DNA of 12,076 nucleotides, from IMG/VR virus record IMGVR_UViG_3300010244_000045, positions 1-12,076 of that record; one strand, given 5' to 3'. This document shows positions 1-6,759 of this stretch, piece by piece. Position numbers and translations under genes: made by a program. Positions within the stretch are counted from its first letter, which is position 1. Every line of letters begins with the position of its first letter. The notes below the pieces were generated by a model. The model saw nothing but the letters and a program-made list of their open reading frames with translations, searched no databases and was not told where the DNA came from. This stretch comes from a virus.

Positions 1-199
1 GCAGAGCTGTGAATGACCGACCTTCCCTAACACAGATGTCAACACCTGTCAAGAAATAGGGTGAAGATACGAAACCGAGATATATAGAGGTGAGAAGTCA
101 ACAAGTGAGAAGTCAACAAGTGAGAAGAGTGAAATAGAGAGGGTAGACTAGAGAGGGTAGTAGTGGTGGTGTAGCCTGAGTTAACCTAATGAGAGGCTA
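1..199 (+). repeat. Terminal module copy A (199 bp, GCAGAGCTGTGAATGACC...GAGAGGCTA) with 2 iterons
   Basis: The same sequence restarts at 207 after a 7-nt spacer (GGGTAGT). The only difference from copy B is the 15-mer copy number: 274 - 199 = 75 = 5 x 15. Confidence 0.95.
90..127 (+). repeat. 15-bp tandem iteron array GTGAGAAGTCAACAA, 2 full copies plus an 8-nt partial
   Basis: Full copies at 90-104 and 105-119. Partial GTGAGAAG at 120-127. Confidence 0.97.
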
Positions 200-229
200 G
201 GGTAGTGCAGAGCTGTGAATGACCGACCT

Positions 230-258
230 TCCCTAACACAGATGTCAACACCTGTCAA
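230..258 (-). promoter_or_regulatory. Outward-facing promoter-like element in module B (copies also at 24-52 minus, 11819-11847 plus and 12025-12053 plus)
   Basis: Read on the strand pointing to the nearest genome end: TTGACA, a 17-nt spacer ending in TGT, then TAGGGA. The -35 is perfect and a TGn motif is present, but the -10 is weak. A second TTGACA lies 10 nt downstream. Confidence 0.3.
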
Positions 259-295
259 GAAATAGGGTGAAGATACGAAACCGAGATATATAGAG

Positions 296-408
296 GTGAG
301 AAGTCAACAAGTGAGAAGTCAACAAGTGAGAAGTCAACAAGTGAGAAGTCAACAAGTGAGAAGTCAACAAGTGAGAAGTCAACAAGTGAGAAGTCAACAA
401 GTGAGAAG
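296..408 (+). repeat. 15-bp tandem iteron array GTGAGAAGTCAACAA, 7 full copies plus an 8-nt partial
   Basis: Seven perfect head-to-tail copies at 296-400. Partial GTGAGAAG at 401-408. Confidence 0.97.
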
Positions 409-577
409 AGTGAAATAGAGAGGGTAGACTAGAGAGGGTAGTAGTGGTGGTGTAGCCTGAGTTAACCTAATGAGAGGCTATATGTGAAGAGATAAGGGTT
501 AACGAATAGTAACGCCTTAGAATGATATAGAATGGCTTAGACGTTGAATGTGAAGGTCTGAGAGGTGGTATGAAATG

Positions 578-599
578 ATAGGGTTGTAATAGGGTTGTA
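578..599 (+). repeat. 11-bp tandem duplication ATAGGGTTGTA x2 inside the ITR (mirror at 11478-11499)
   Basis: 578-588 is identical to 589-599. Confidence 0.9.
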
Positions 600-680
600 G
601 TCAAGGTCTCTAGGTTCAAGCAAAGAGAGTAAGAAAGAAATAGAGTAAGCTACTAAGAAGTAACCTACTCTAGTTGTTGT

Positions 681-748
681 CTATTCGTTTATGTAAACAC
701 CTTGTCTTAAGAGTGTTTGAATGGTTTCTTGTTCAGTTTCTGAGGCTG
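681..748 (-). pseudogene. Orphan copy of the last 22 codons plus stop of the 722-aa tail gene, carried in the left ITR
   Basis: Exact reverse complement of 11329-11396 (...ASETEQETIQTLLRQGVYINE stop). It has no upstream reading frame, start codon or RBS on the minus strand. Confidence 0.85.
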
Positions 749-751
749 AAC

Positions 752-780
752 TTGTAATTGTATTCTATTTGTGTTAGAAT
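752..780 (+). promoter_or_regulatory. Early promoter P1, immediately inside the left ITR boundary
   Basis: TTGTAA (752-757), a 17-nt spacer with TGt at 772-774, then TAGAAT (775-780). The context ATTTGTGTTAGAAT matches the recurring promoter box. Confidence 0.6.
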
Positions 781-840
781 GATAGTAGGTGTTATAAATT
801 GATTAGGGATTAGTGTACTTTCGTTTCTAATGTCAACAGA

Positions 841-856
841 TATTTGTGTTATATTA
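841..856 (+). promoter_or_regulatory. Early promoter P2 (extended -10 box TATTTGTGTTATATTA)
   Basis: TGt at 847-849 and TATATT at 850-855, about 30 nt upstream of the AAAGGAGG RBS of the first ORF. TGTCAACA at 831-838 overlaps the spacer/-35 region. Confidence 0.55.
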
Positions 857-887
857 AGTATAGAAGGCAATAAAAGGAGGTGAAATT

Positions 888-989
888 ATGTATACAGTAG
901 ATGATTTATTAGAGTTTGTTGAGCATTGCAAACAAGAGGGTATTGAAGTAACTATGATGAACTTTGAAAAGTATAAAGAAGATAAATAG
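888..989 (+). CDS. Small hypothetical protein, 33 aa (MYTVDDLLEFVEHCKQEGIEVTMMNFEKYKEDK), not in the supplied ORF track
   Basis: ATG at 888 preceded by AAAAGGAGGTG (872-882) at ideal spacing. Open to TAG at 987-989. It is the first frame downstream of the early promoters. Confidence 0.5.
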   Translation: MYTVDDLLEFVEHCKQEGIEVTMMNFEKYKEDK

Positions 990-1004
990 AAGGGGGTGTT
1001 AACA

Positions 1005-1268
1005 ATGGCAGAAGTATTAGACAGAAAAGAACAGTCTAAACGTTATGGTGCATTTTGTAAGAACTTTCGTATCGAGTATTTACGAATGGGCTTAGTGGAG
1101 TTCTCAGAACAGACTGATTTGAATTATAAGAGTGTATCGGCTTTTGAGAGTGGTAGGGCTAATAGTTTAGTTTACTTGTACCATTACTACAATATGGCTA
1201 GTGAAAATCAAAAGAAAGTTTTTGCAAATAACATATTTGAAAGAGTAGGAGGTTGTTTTAATGGCTAA
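1005..1268 (+). CDS. XRE-family helix-turn-helix transcriptional regulator (87 aa from ATG 1005)
   Basis: LRMGLVEFSEQTDLNYKSVSAFESGRANS fits the Cro/CI-type HTH pattern. AGGGGG (991-996) lies 8 nt before ATG 1005, so that start is preferred over the track's GTG at 996. Its stop overlaps the next start (ATGGCTAA). Confidence 0.7.
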   Translation: MAEVLDRKEQSKRYGAFCKNFRIEYLRMGLVEFSEQTDLNYKSVSAFESGRANSLVYLYHYYNMASENQKKVFANNIFERVGGCFNG

Positions 1269-1851
1269 ACGAGGAAGAGGTAGACCTTCAGACCCTCCAG
1301 AGATTAGGGCTTTAAAAGAGAAGTATAGAAACGAAATAGCGAAAGCAAATGCAAGGCTACGAAACATCAGAAAAAAAGAGGCAGAGTATTCTCCGGCTTA
1401 TCAGGCTTGGGAAAATAATCTAGGTAGAAACTTTTCAACTGGTGGTCTGAAGAGTGAAAATGAAATTAAAAACGAGATGAGCCGAGTTAGAAAGTTTTTA
1501 AGTAATGAAACAAGCCTCCCAAGTGTAGCTGAAAAGTTTACCGAAAAGCTAGGCGAACGAATAGGCAGGCTAACTCAAGGGTATCGAACAGATGTAGATG
1601 TAGCAGTAGAACCTTTGACTCAGGATCAAATGAAACCTGTATTTGAAGCAGTAGGGAAATACCGACAGGAAAGACAAAAAAGGCGAAACGCTACTGACTT
1701 AACGTCAACAAGAATCTTTCAGGAAGTTCAAGAATTTTCTGAGGGATTAGGAATAGACCTAGCAGAAATGGATTCCGTGGACGTTGAAAGAGCAGTACAA
1801 CAAATGTTTAATATAGAACCCGACGAAGAAATTAATTTCTTTGACTTTTAG
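1261..1851 (+). CDS. Candidate terminal (priming) protein, 196 aa
   Basis: Lies directly upstream of, and translationally coupled into, the protein-primed polymerase module. It has a basic N-terminus (MAKRGRGRP...IAKANARLRNIRKK) and an acidic C-terminus ending in FFDF, loosely resembling phi29 p3 as I remember it. GGAGG lies 8 nt upstream of the ATG. Confidence 0.55.
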   Translation: MAKRGRGRPSDPPEIRALKEKYRNEIAKANARLRNIRKKEAEYSPAYQAWENNLGRNFSTGGLKSENEIKNEMSRVRKFLSNETSLPSVAEKFTEKLGERIGRLTQGYRTDVDVAVEPLTQDQMKPVFEAVGKYRQERQKRRNATDLTSTRIFQEVQEFSEGLGIDLAEMDSVDVERAVQQMFNIEPDEEINFFDF

Positions 1852-1872
1852 TAGGGGGTGAAGAATTGAATA

Positions 1873-3996
1873 ATGAATACTAGATTAGATTTAACAAATA
1901 TAAAAAAGCCCAAAACATACAGCAAGGACAATGTAGACTATCTTAACATCGAATGTGGGTTCGATATCGAAACAAGTTCTACATTAGATGAAAATGGGAA
2001 ACCATTTTCGAACATGTACGCTTGGACTTTTGGAATACAAGATAAAAATCATATAGTTTACGGCAGAACTTGGGAAGAGTTTGAAGCCTTAATGTATGAA
2101 CTGAAAGATTACTTCAATCTTGGGAAGGGTAGAAGATTAATCGTTTATGTTCATAATTTAACCTATGATTTTCAATTTATGAGAAAAAATTTTAAATGGT
2201 CTCGAATTTTTGCTAGAGATGTACGAAAACCAATTATAGCAACTACGGAGTTAGGAATTGAGTTTAAAGATAGCTACTTATTGAGCGGTTACTCATTAAA
2301 TGATGTAGCTGAACGGTTAACAAAACCTGAACACCAGATTAAAAAGTTAAAAGGTGACATGAACCATGATTTAGTTAGACATTATGACACTAAACTAACA
2401 AACAATGAGCTAAAATATATGGAAAATGATGTGCTTATCATTCTCTATTATATTAACGAACAGATAGAGCTTTATGATAATCAAATTACTAAAATACCAT
2501 TAAGCAATACTGGACGAGTAAGACGGTTCATCAAATATAATTGTTATTTTTTCACCCCGAAAGGAACGAAGGACTCTAATGGACAAATAGCAAGGTTTGA
2601 CCAAGATATTCATGGCTTAACGTTGAGTTCAAACGTATATAGATTATCTAAACAAGCCTTTATGGGTGGCTTTACACATGCAAATAGTAAATACGTAAAC
2701 AAAGTTGTTAAAGATGTAGTTAGTTATGATTTATCTAGTTCGTACCCTTCAACGTTACCAACTGAGCTTTTCCCAATGAGTACAGGTGAAAGAATCCACC
2801 CCGAAAACTTGGAAGAACTAAAAGCCCAAAAGAGTAATTATTGTTTATTATTTCAAATACGCTTTAAAAATATCTCGAGGAAATCACATATCCCAGACGA
2901 CTATATAAGTTCTAGCAAGTGCCAGACCCTAGAAGCTCCTATCTTAAGCAACGGACGAGTAAACGGAGCTGATGAGCTAGTAACTACTATTACAGATGTA
3001 GACCTAGACATCATCGAACGTGTTTACACGTGGGATAGTGTAGAAATAGCTGGAGTATATAGGTTTAAAAAAGGCTATATACCAAAACGTATCATTGATT
3101 CTATTATAACACTATTTAGGAACAAAACAAAGCTGAAAGGTATTAAAGATAAGATTTTAGACTACCAACTAAGTAAAGAAATGCTTAATGCAGTATACGG
3201 AATGATGGTAACTGACCCTGTAAAATCTGATATTGTTTATAATAAAAAATTTGACGAGTGGGGAGAGGTAGACCCCGACATGAAGAAAGAACTTAAAGAA
3301 TATAACGAAGAAAAATATAGAACCCTTTTTTATCCTTGGGGTATTTGGGTTACAGCTTACGCTAGGCGTAATTTGTGGTACTTAATCGAGTCACTGGGAC
3401 AAGATTATATTTACTCTGATACCGACTCAGTGAAGTTTAAAAACCATGAAAAACACAAGCATCTGTTTGAACGGTATAATAAAATGGTAGAGAAAAAACT
3501 AGAAGTTAGAGCTGGTAAAAATCACGGGTACACTCTCGAAGACTTCAAGCCTCAGACACCTGAGGGTGAAACGAAAACACTTGGATTTTGGGAGCTTGAC
3601 GGTGAATATTCCAAGTTTAAAACCTTAGGAGCTAAGATGTATCTAGTCGAACACAAAAACAACAAAGAACTTGAAGTAACCGTATCAGGACTAAGCAAGG
3701 AACATGGGAAAAACTACCTTAAAAAGCATTTTGAAAACACTGAAAACATCTTTAATAATTTTACAAATAAACTGACTATATCAGCTGAGGAATCAGGCAA
3801 AAAGTCCGTTTACTACTTGGACAAGTCCCGAAATGCTAAAATAACGGACTACCAAGGACAAACAAGAGCAGTCCACTCACGAACAGGTGTTTATATGGAA
3901 AATGCACACTTTACTTTAGATGAGACTGAACGAGATTTTGACTTAGTAAAAGACCTATTCAACGGCTACATTTACGAAGGTGAAAGTAGAATATAA
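1873..3996 (+). CDS. Protein-primed family-B DNA polymerase, 707 aa
   Basis: Motifs found: Exo I GFDIETSS; Exo II YVHNLTYDFQF; Exo III YMENDVLI; motif A YDLSSSYPS; motif B KEMLNAVYGMM; motif C YSDTDSV; KxY motif LGAKMY. The order and spacing match phi29-type polymerases. Confidence 0.97.
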   Translation: MNTRLDLTNIKKPKTYSKDNVDYLNIECGFDIETSSTLDENGKPFSNMYAWTFGIQDKNHIVYGRTWEEFEALMYELKDYFNLGKGRRLIVYVHNLTYDFQFMRKNFKWSRIFARDVRKPIIATTELGIEFKDSYLLSGYSLNDVAERLTKPEHQIKKLKGDMNHDLVRHYDTKLTNNELKYMENDVLIILYYINEQIELYDNQITKIPLSNTGRVRRFIKYNCYFFTPKGTKDSNGQIARFDQDIHGLTLSSNVYRLSKQAFMGGFTHANSKYVNKVVKDVVSYDLSSSYPSTLPTELFPMSTGERIHPENLEELKAQKSNYCLLFQIRFKNISRKSHIPDDYISSSKCQTLEAPILSNGRVNGADELVTTITDVDLDIIERVYTWDSVEIAGVYRFKKGYIPKRIIDSIITLFRNKTKLKGIKDKILDYQLSKEMLNAVYGMMVTDPVKSDIVYNKKFDEWGEVDPDMKKELKEYNEEKYRTLFYPWGIWVTAYARRNLWYLIESLGQDYIYSDTDSVKFKNHEKHKHLFERYNKMVEKKLEVRAGKNHGYTLEDFKPQTPEGETKTLGFWELDGEYSKFKTLGAKMYLVEHKNNKELEVTVSGLSKEHGKNYLKKHFENTENIFNNFTNKLTISAEESGKKSVYYLDKSRNAKITDYQGQTRAVHSRTGVYMENAHFTLDETERDFDLVKDLFNGYIYEGESRI

Positions 3997-4050
3997 GCTA
4001 GTTAGAATAGAATAATTGCAAGAATTATGATGAAAATAGAACGCCCCTTC

Positions 4051-4066
4051 ATTTATGTTATATTAG
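4051..4066 (+). promoter_or_regulatory. Promoter box upstream of the packaging module (ATTTATGTTATATTAG)
   Basis: TGt at 4056-4058 and TATATT at 4059-4064. The 15-nt context is near-identical to the boxes at 841-856 and 6724-6739. It lies inside the track's N-terminal extension of the ATPase ORF. Confidence 0.5.
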
Positions 4067-4098
4067 AGAGAGAAGGGGCAAAAAGGAGGCTTCACGAG

Positions 4099-5223
4099 TT
4101 GGTAAAAGTTGAACAAGATATACCAAAAAAGAACAAGAAAAATAAATATTACTCCTTAAATTCAATTCTAGGTAAAAACGCCGTCTATAATGTTGTATTT
4201 GGGGAACGGTCAAACGGTAAAACGTACGCCGTGCTTAAATACGCTATTGACCAGTATTTTAATGGCAATGGTGGAGAGTTTGCTATCATAAGACGGTGGC
4301 AAGAAGATATACGAGGGAAACGGGCTAGTGCTATCTTTTCCGCCCTCATTGAAAACAATGAAATTTACGAGCTATCAGGTGGTGAATATGAAGGGGTAAC
4401 CTACTTTAACGGTAGGTTCTTCTTTTGTAACTATGAGGGCAACAAGCCTATTTACAACGAAGGTGATGTATTCGCTTACATATTTTCATTATCTGACCAA
4501 GAACACAATAAGTCTTTTTCATATCCAAAAGTGAAAACGATTTTATTTGATGAGTTTCTAACCAGAGGTATGACGTTAACAGATGAATTTGTACTTTTCA
4601 TGAATACTATTTCAACTATCATCAGACAGCGAACAGATGTAAAAATTTTCATGCTTGGGAATACCGTAAACAAATATTCCCCGTATTTTAAGGAAATGGG
4701 CTTAAAACACGTACCAAAACAGGAACAGGGTACCATAGACGTTTACGATTATGGGGAGAGCAAGCTAAGAGTAGCGGTTGAATATGCTTCTAGTTCAGAA
4801 GCCAAGAAAAAGAATAACTTTTACTTTGCCTTTGATAATCCAAAACTAAGCATGATTACAGACGGAGCTTGGGAGTTAGACATTTACCCTCATTTACCCG
4901 TCAAGTACAAACCCCAAGACATTTTACTTACATATTTTATCAAGTTTGACGGCAACATTTATCAAGCTGAAATCATAGATACAGACGGAGAACCGTTTAC
5001 CTACATACATGACAAGTCAACTCCTATCAAGAACGAGAATGAAGACCTTGTTTTCAGTCTTGAATTTAACCATAAAATGAACTATCAAAGAAGCATATAT
5101 AAACCTGTAAACCAAGTAGGAAAAGCGATACTCTACTTTTTTCAAATGGATAAGATTTTCTATCAAGATAACGAAGTAGGAGACGCTATTAATAACTACC
5201 TGAATATATCAAAACAACTATAA
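4099..5223 (+). CDS. DNA encapsidation (packaging) ATPase, phi29 gp16-like. Proposed TTG start at 4099 (374 aa); the track start at 4027 is the alternative.
   Basis: Walker A region NVVFGERSNGKTYA followed by FAIIRRW, and Walker B KTILFDEF, parallel phi29 gp16 (FVIGARGIGKSYA...FIYVRRY...FDEF). AAAGGAGG (4082-4089) lies 9 nt before an in-frame TTG at 4099. There is no SD before ATG 4027, and a promoter box sits at 4056-4064. Confidence 0.88.
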   Translation: MVKVEQDIPKKNKKNKYYSLNSILGKNAVYNVVFGERSNGKTYAVLKYAIDQYFNGNGGEFAIIRRWQEDIRGKRASAIFSALIENNEIYELSGGEYEGVTYFNGRFFFCNYEGNKPIYNEGDVFAYIFSLSDQEHNKSFSYPKVKTILFDEFLTRGMTLTDEFVLFMNTISTIIRQRTDVKIFMLGNTVNKYSPYFKEMGLKHVPKQEQGTIDVYDYGESKLRVAVEYASSSEAKKKNNFYFAFDNPKLSMITDGAWELDIYPHLPVKYKPQDILLTYFIKFDGNIYQAEIIDTDGEPFTYIHDKSTPIKNENEDLVFSLEFNHKMNYQRSIYKPVNQVGKAILYFFQMDKIFYQDNEVGDAINNYLNISKQL

Positions 5224-5236
5224 AGGAGCTGAACAA

Positions 5237-6706
5237 ATGGCTTATAATGAAAAATTCGATTGGGGTATTTATAACGGAATCGGAATTACATATGACTATA
5301 AAGATAAGTCCTTAAACGTACGTAGACAAATTCACTATATGCTGAACAGAAGTTTACTGATGTTTAAATATCACGGGTTACCTGATTCCCTCCCTGCTAA
5401 AGAATTAGAACGACTATTACAAACGAATGGATACGCTGGGGTTACTGAGGTAGAAGGTGACTTATACGCCTTTTACGGTGGGTTAGGAGGTGAACCGAAC
5501 GTTTACGGAAAACCTACTACAATGACCATAGCCAACCCTGCTTTAAACTACAATGAAATGCTAGAAATTGGAGAAGAGGTTGTTTTAGCTAAGAATGACG
5601 ATTTAATGATGGGCTTAGTTCCTATTTACTCAAAATATTCAACGCTTATGAATGAAAATGAGATAACTATGATTCTCAGCCTCATTAATAAACGAGCTAA
5701 CAACATGATTAGTGTTACAGATGATAACACAGCAGAATCAGCTAGGCAGTACCTGAAGAACCTTGAAGCTGGAGACTTAGGCTACATATTCGAGAACAAA
5801 CTCTTTGATTCCCTGAAAACCAATCCGACTGGAGAAGGTTCAGGAACCAATTTAAACGAGTTAGTAGAGTTTGAACAGTACGTTAAAGCTAGTATGTATA
5901 ACGAGATAGGCTTAAATGCTAACTTCAACATGAAGCGTGAACGCCTTGTTTCAGACGAATTAGAAGCCAACTCAGAAACCTTGTACCCTCTAGTAGATAA
6001 TATGCTAGACAATAGACGTCAAGCCGTAGAACAGATTAATGAAATGTTTGGTACAGAGATTCAAGTAGAATTTAACTCAAGCTGGGATATGAGACTAGGA
6101 CAAGAAGAATATACAGAAGCTTCAGACGAGACCCGAGAAGAAGAGTTAAACCCTGAAACTGATTTAGGGTTAGAAGATATAACATCAGAAGAAAATGAAA
6201 GTCCTCAAGGTGAAGACGTAGAAAATGACTTAAACCTTAATGATGAAGGAATAACTGAAGATACTGAAGCATTGGAGTATTTACACACCTTAGAGCCTGA
6301 AGAATCTGAAGAGGACACTGAGACGGAATCAGAGGACGAACAAGAGGTTACTGACACTGAAAACGATGAAGAGACTGCTTATCCCTCAGAAGACAGTACA
6401 GAGCCTTTAAATGAGTCTGATGAAGACGTTGAAGAACCGACTGAAGAACCTCAAGGAGAGAATACAAATATTGATATAGATATCAACGTAGACTCTCAAT
6501 CAGAAGCCACAGAAGAGCCTGAGAATGATTTAGAAGAAGAGAATGAAGAAACACCTGAAGAGGATACAGAAGAGCTCACAGAGTATTCTGAGGACGATTC
6601 AGAGGAAGAGGTTAACGTAGAGGTCAACGTAAACACTGAAGAGAATACTGAAGAACCTGAAGAGGAAGACGAGGACGAAGAGGGAGACGAACAACTTTCA
6701 GACTAA
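5237..6706 (+). CDS. Portal/connector protein (phi29 gp10-like, aa 1-288) fused to a 201-aa polyacidic C-terminal tail
   Basis: Several blocks are co-linear with phi29 gp10 as I remember it: LLMFKYHGLPDSLP, NVYGKPT...ANP, NENEITMILSLINKRANNMISV, MYNEIGLNANFNMKRERLVSDE and RRQAVEQINEMFGTEIQVEF. AAGGAG RBS at 5222-5228. Confidence 0.9.
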   Translation: MAYNEKFDWGIYNGIGITYDYKDKSLNVRRQIHYMLNRSLLMFKYHGLPDSLPAKELERLLQTNGYAGVTEVEGDLYAFYGGLGGEPNVYGKPTTMTIANPALNYNEMLEIGEEVVLAKNDDLMMGLVPIYSKYSTLMNENEITMILSLINKRANNMISVTDDNTAESARQYLKNLEAGDLGYIFENKLFDSLKTNPTGEGSGTNLNELVEFEQYVKASMYNEIGLNANFNMKRERLVSDELEANSETLYPLVDNMLDNRRQAVEQINEMFGTEIQVEFNSSWDMRLGQEEYTEASDETREEELNPETDLGLEDITSEENESPQGEDVENDLNLNDEGITEDTEALEYLHTLEPEESEEDTETESEDEQEVTDTENDEETAYPSEDSTEPLNESDEDVEEPTEEPQGENTNIDIDINVDSQSEATEEPENDLEEENEETPEEDTEELTEYSEDDSEEEVNVEVNVNTEENTEEPEEEDEDEEGDEQLSD

Positions 6707-6723
6707 AAATGAAAGCACTTCCA

Positions 6724-6739
6724 ATTTGTGTTATATTAG
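6724..6739 (+). promoter_or_regulatory. Promoter box upstream of the head module (ATTTGTGTTATATTAG)
   Basis: TGt at 6729-6731 and TATATT at 6732-6737. The flanks match the 4051-4066 box, including the downstream AGAGAGAG. Confidence 0.5.
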
Positions 6740-6759
6740 AGAGAGGAGGGTAAAGAAGA

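Larger units (their letters stand above)
207..480 (+). repeat. Terminal module copy B (274 bp), an internal direct repeat of the terminal module with 7 iterons
   Basis: 207-295 is identical to 1-89, and 401-480 is identical to 120-199. The 15-mer array between them is expanded. Confidence 0.95.
1..748. repeat. Left inverted terminal repeat (ITR), 748 bp
   Basis: Position i pairs with 12077-i. I verified by hand that 1-76, 481-600 and 601-748 are the exact reverse complement of 12001-12076, 11477-11596 and 11329-11476. The first mismatch is at 749 vs 11328. The arm lengths agree, so the iteron copy numbers are equal in both arms. Confidence 0.97.

Noticed and set aside
173-199. Short hairpin TAGCCT...AGGCTA containing a GTTAAC palindrome in each terminal module
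   Set aside because: The stem is only 6 bp with a 15-nt loop, which is within chance expectation for this length of sequence. Nothing supports a specific function.
296-408. The 15-bp repeat array read as a CRISPR array
   Set aside because: The units are directly abutting with no spacers and are only 15 bp long. The array is mirrored in the other ITR. This is a tandem iteron array, not a CRISPR array.
641-672. The left-arm copy of the hairpin as a functional terminator
   Set aside because: On the + strand it is not followed by a T-run, and on the minus strand no gene lies upstream of it. It is most simply a passenger of ITR symmetry, and only the right-arm copy (11405-11446) is placed to terminate a gene.
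996-1004. GTG at 996 as the start of the HTH regulator
   Set aside because: The GTG is itself part of the purine-rich SD (AGGGGGTG). ATG at 1005 sits 8 nt downstream of that SD, so it is the better start.
1167-1367. Six minus-strand ORFs in the track (1167..1367, 4476..4736, 5782..6012, 7799..8023, 9272..9487, 10389..10601)
   Set aside because: Each lies entirely antisense within a well-supported plus-strand gene. None has a Shine-Dalgarno site that I can see, and their low-complexity, Cys/Phe/Ser-rich translations are typical of antisense frames in AT-rich DNA.
4027-4098. ATG at 4027/4030 as the start of the packaging ATPase
   Set aside because: There is no SD upstream. The segment contains a copy of the conserved promoter box (4051-4065) and a strong AAAGGAGG placed for the in-frame TTG at 4099. 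I kept it as a lower-probability alternative.
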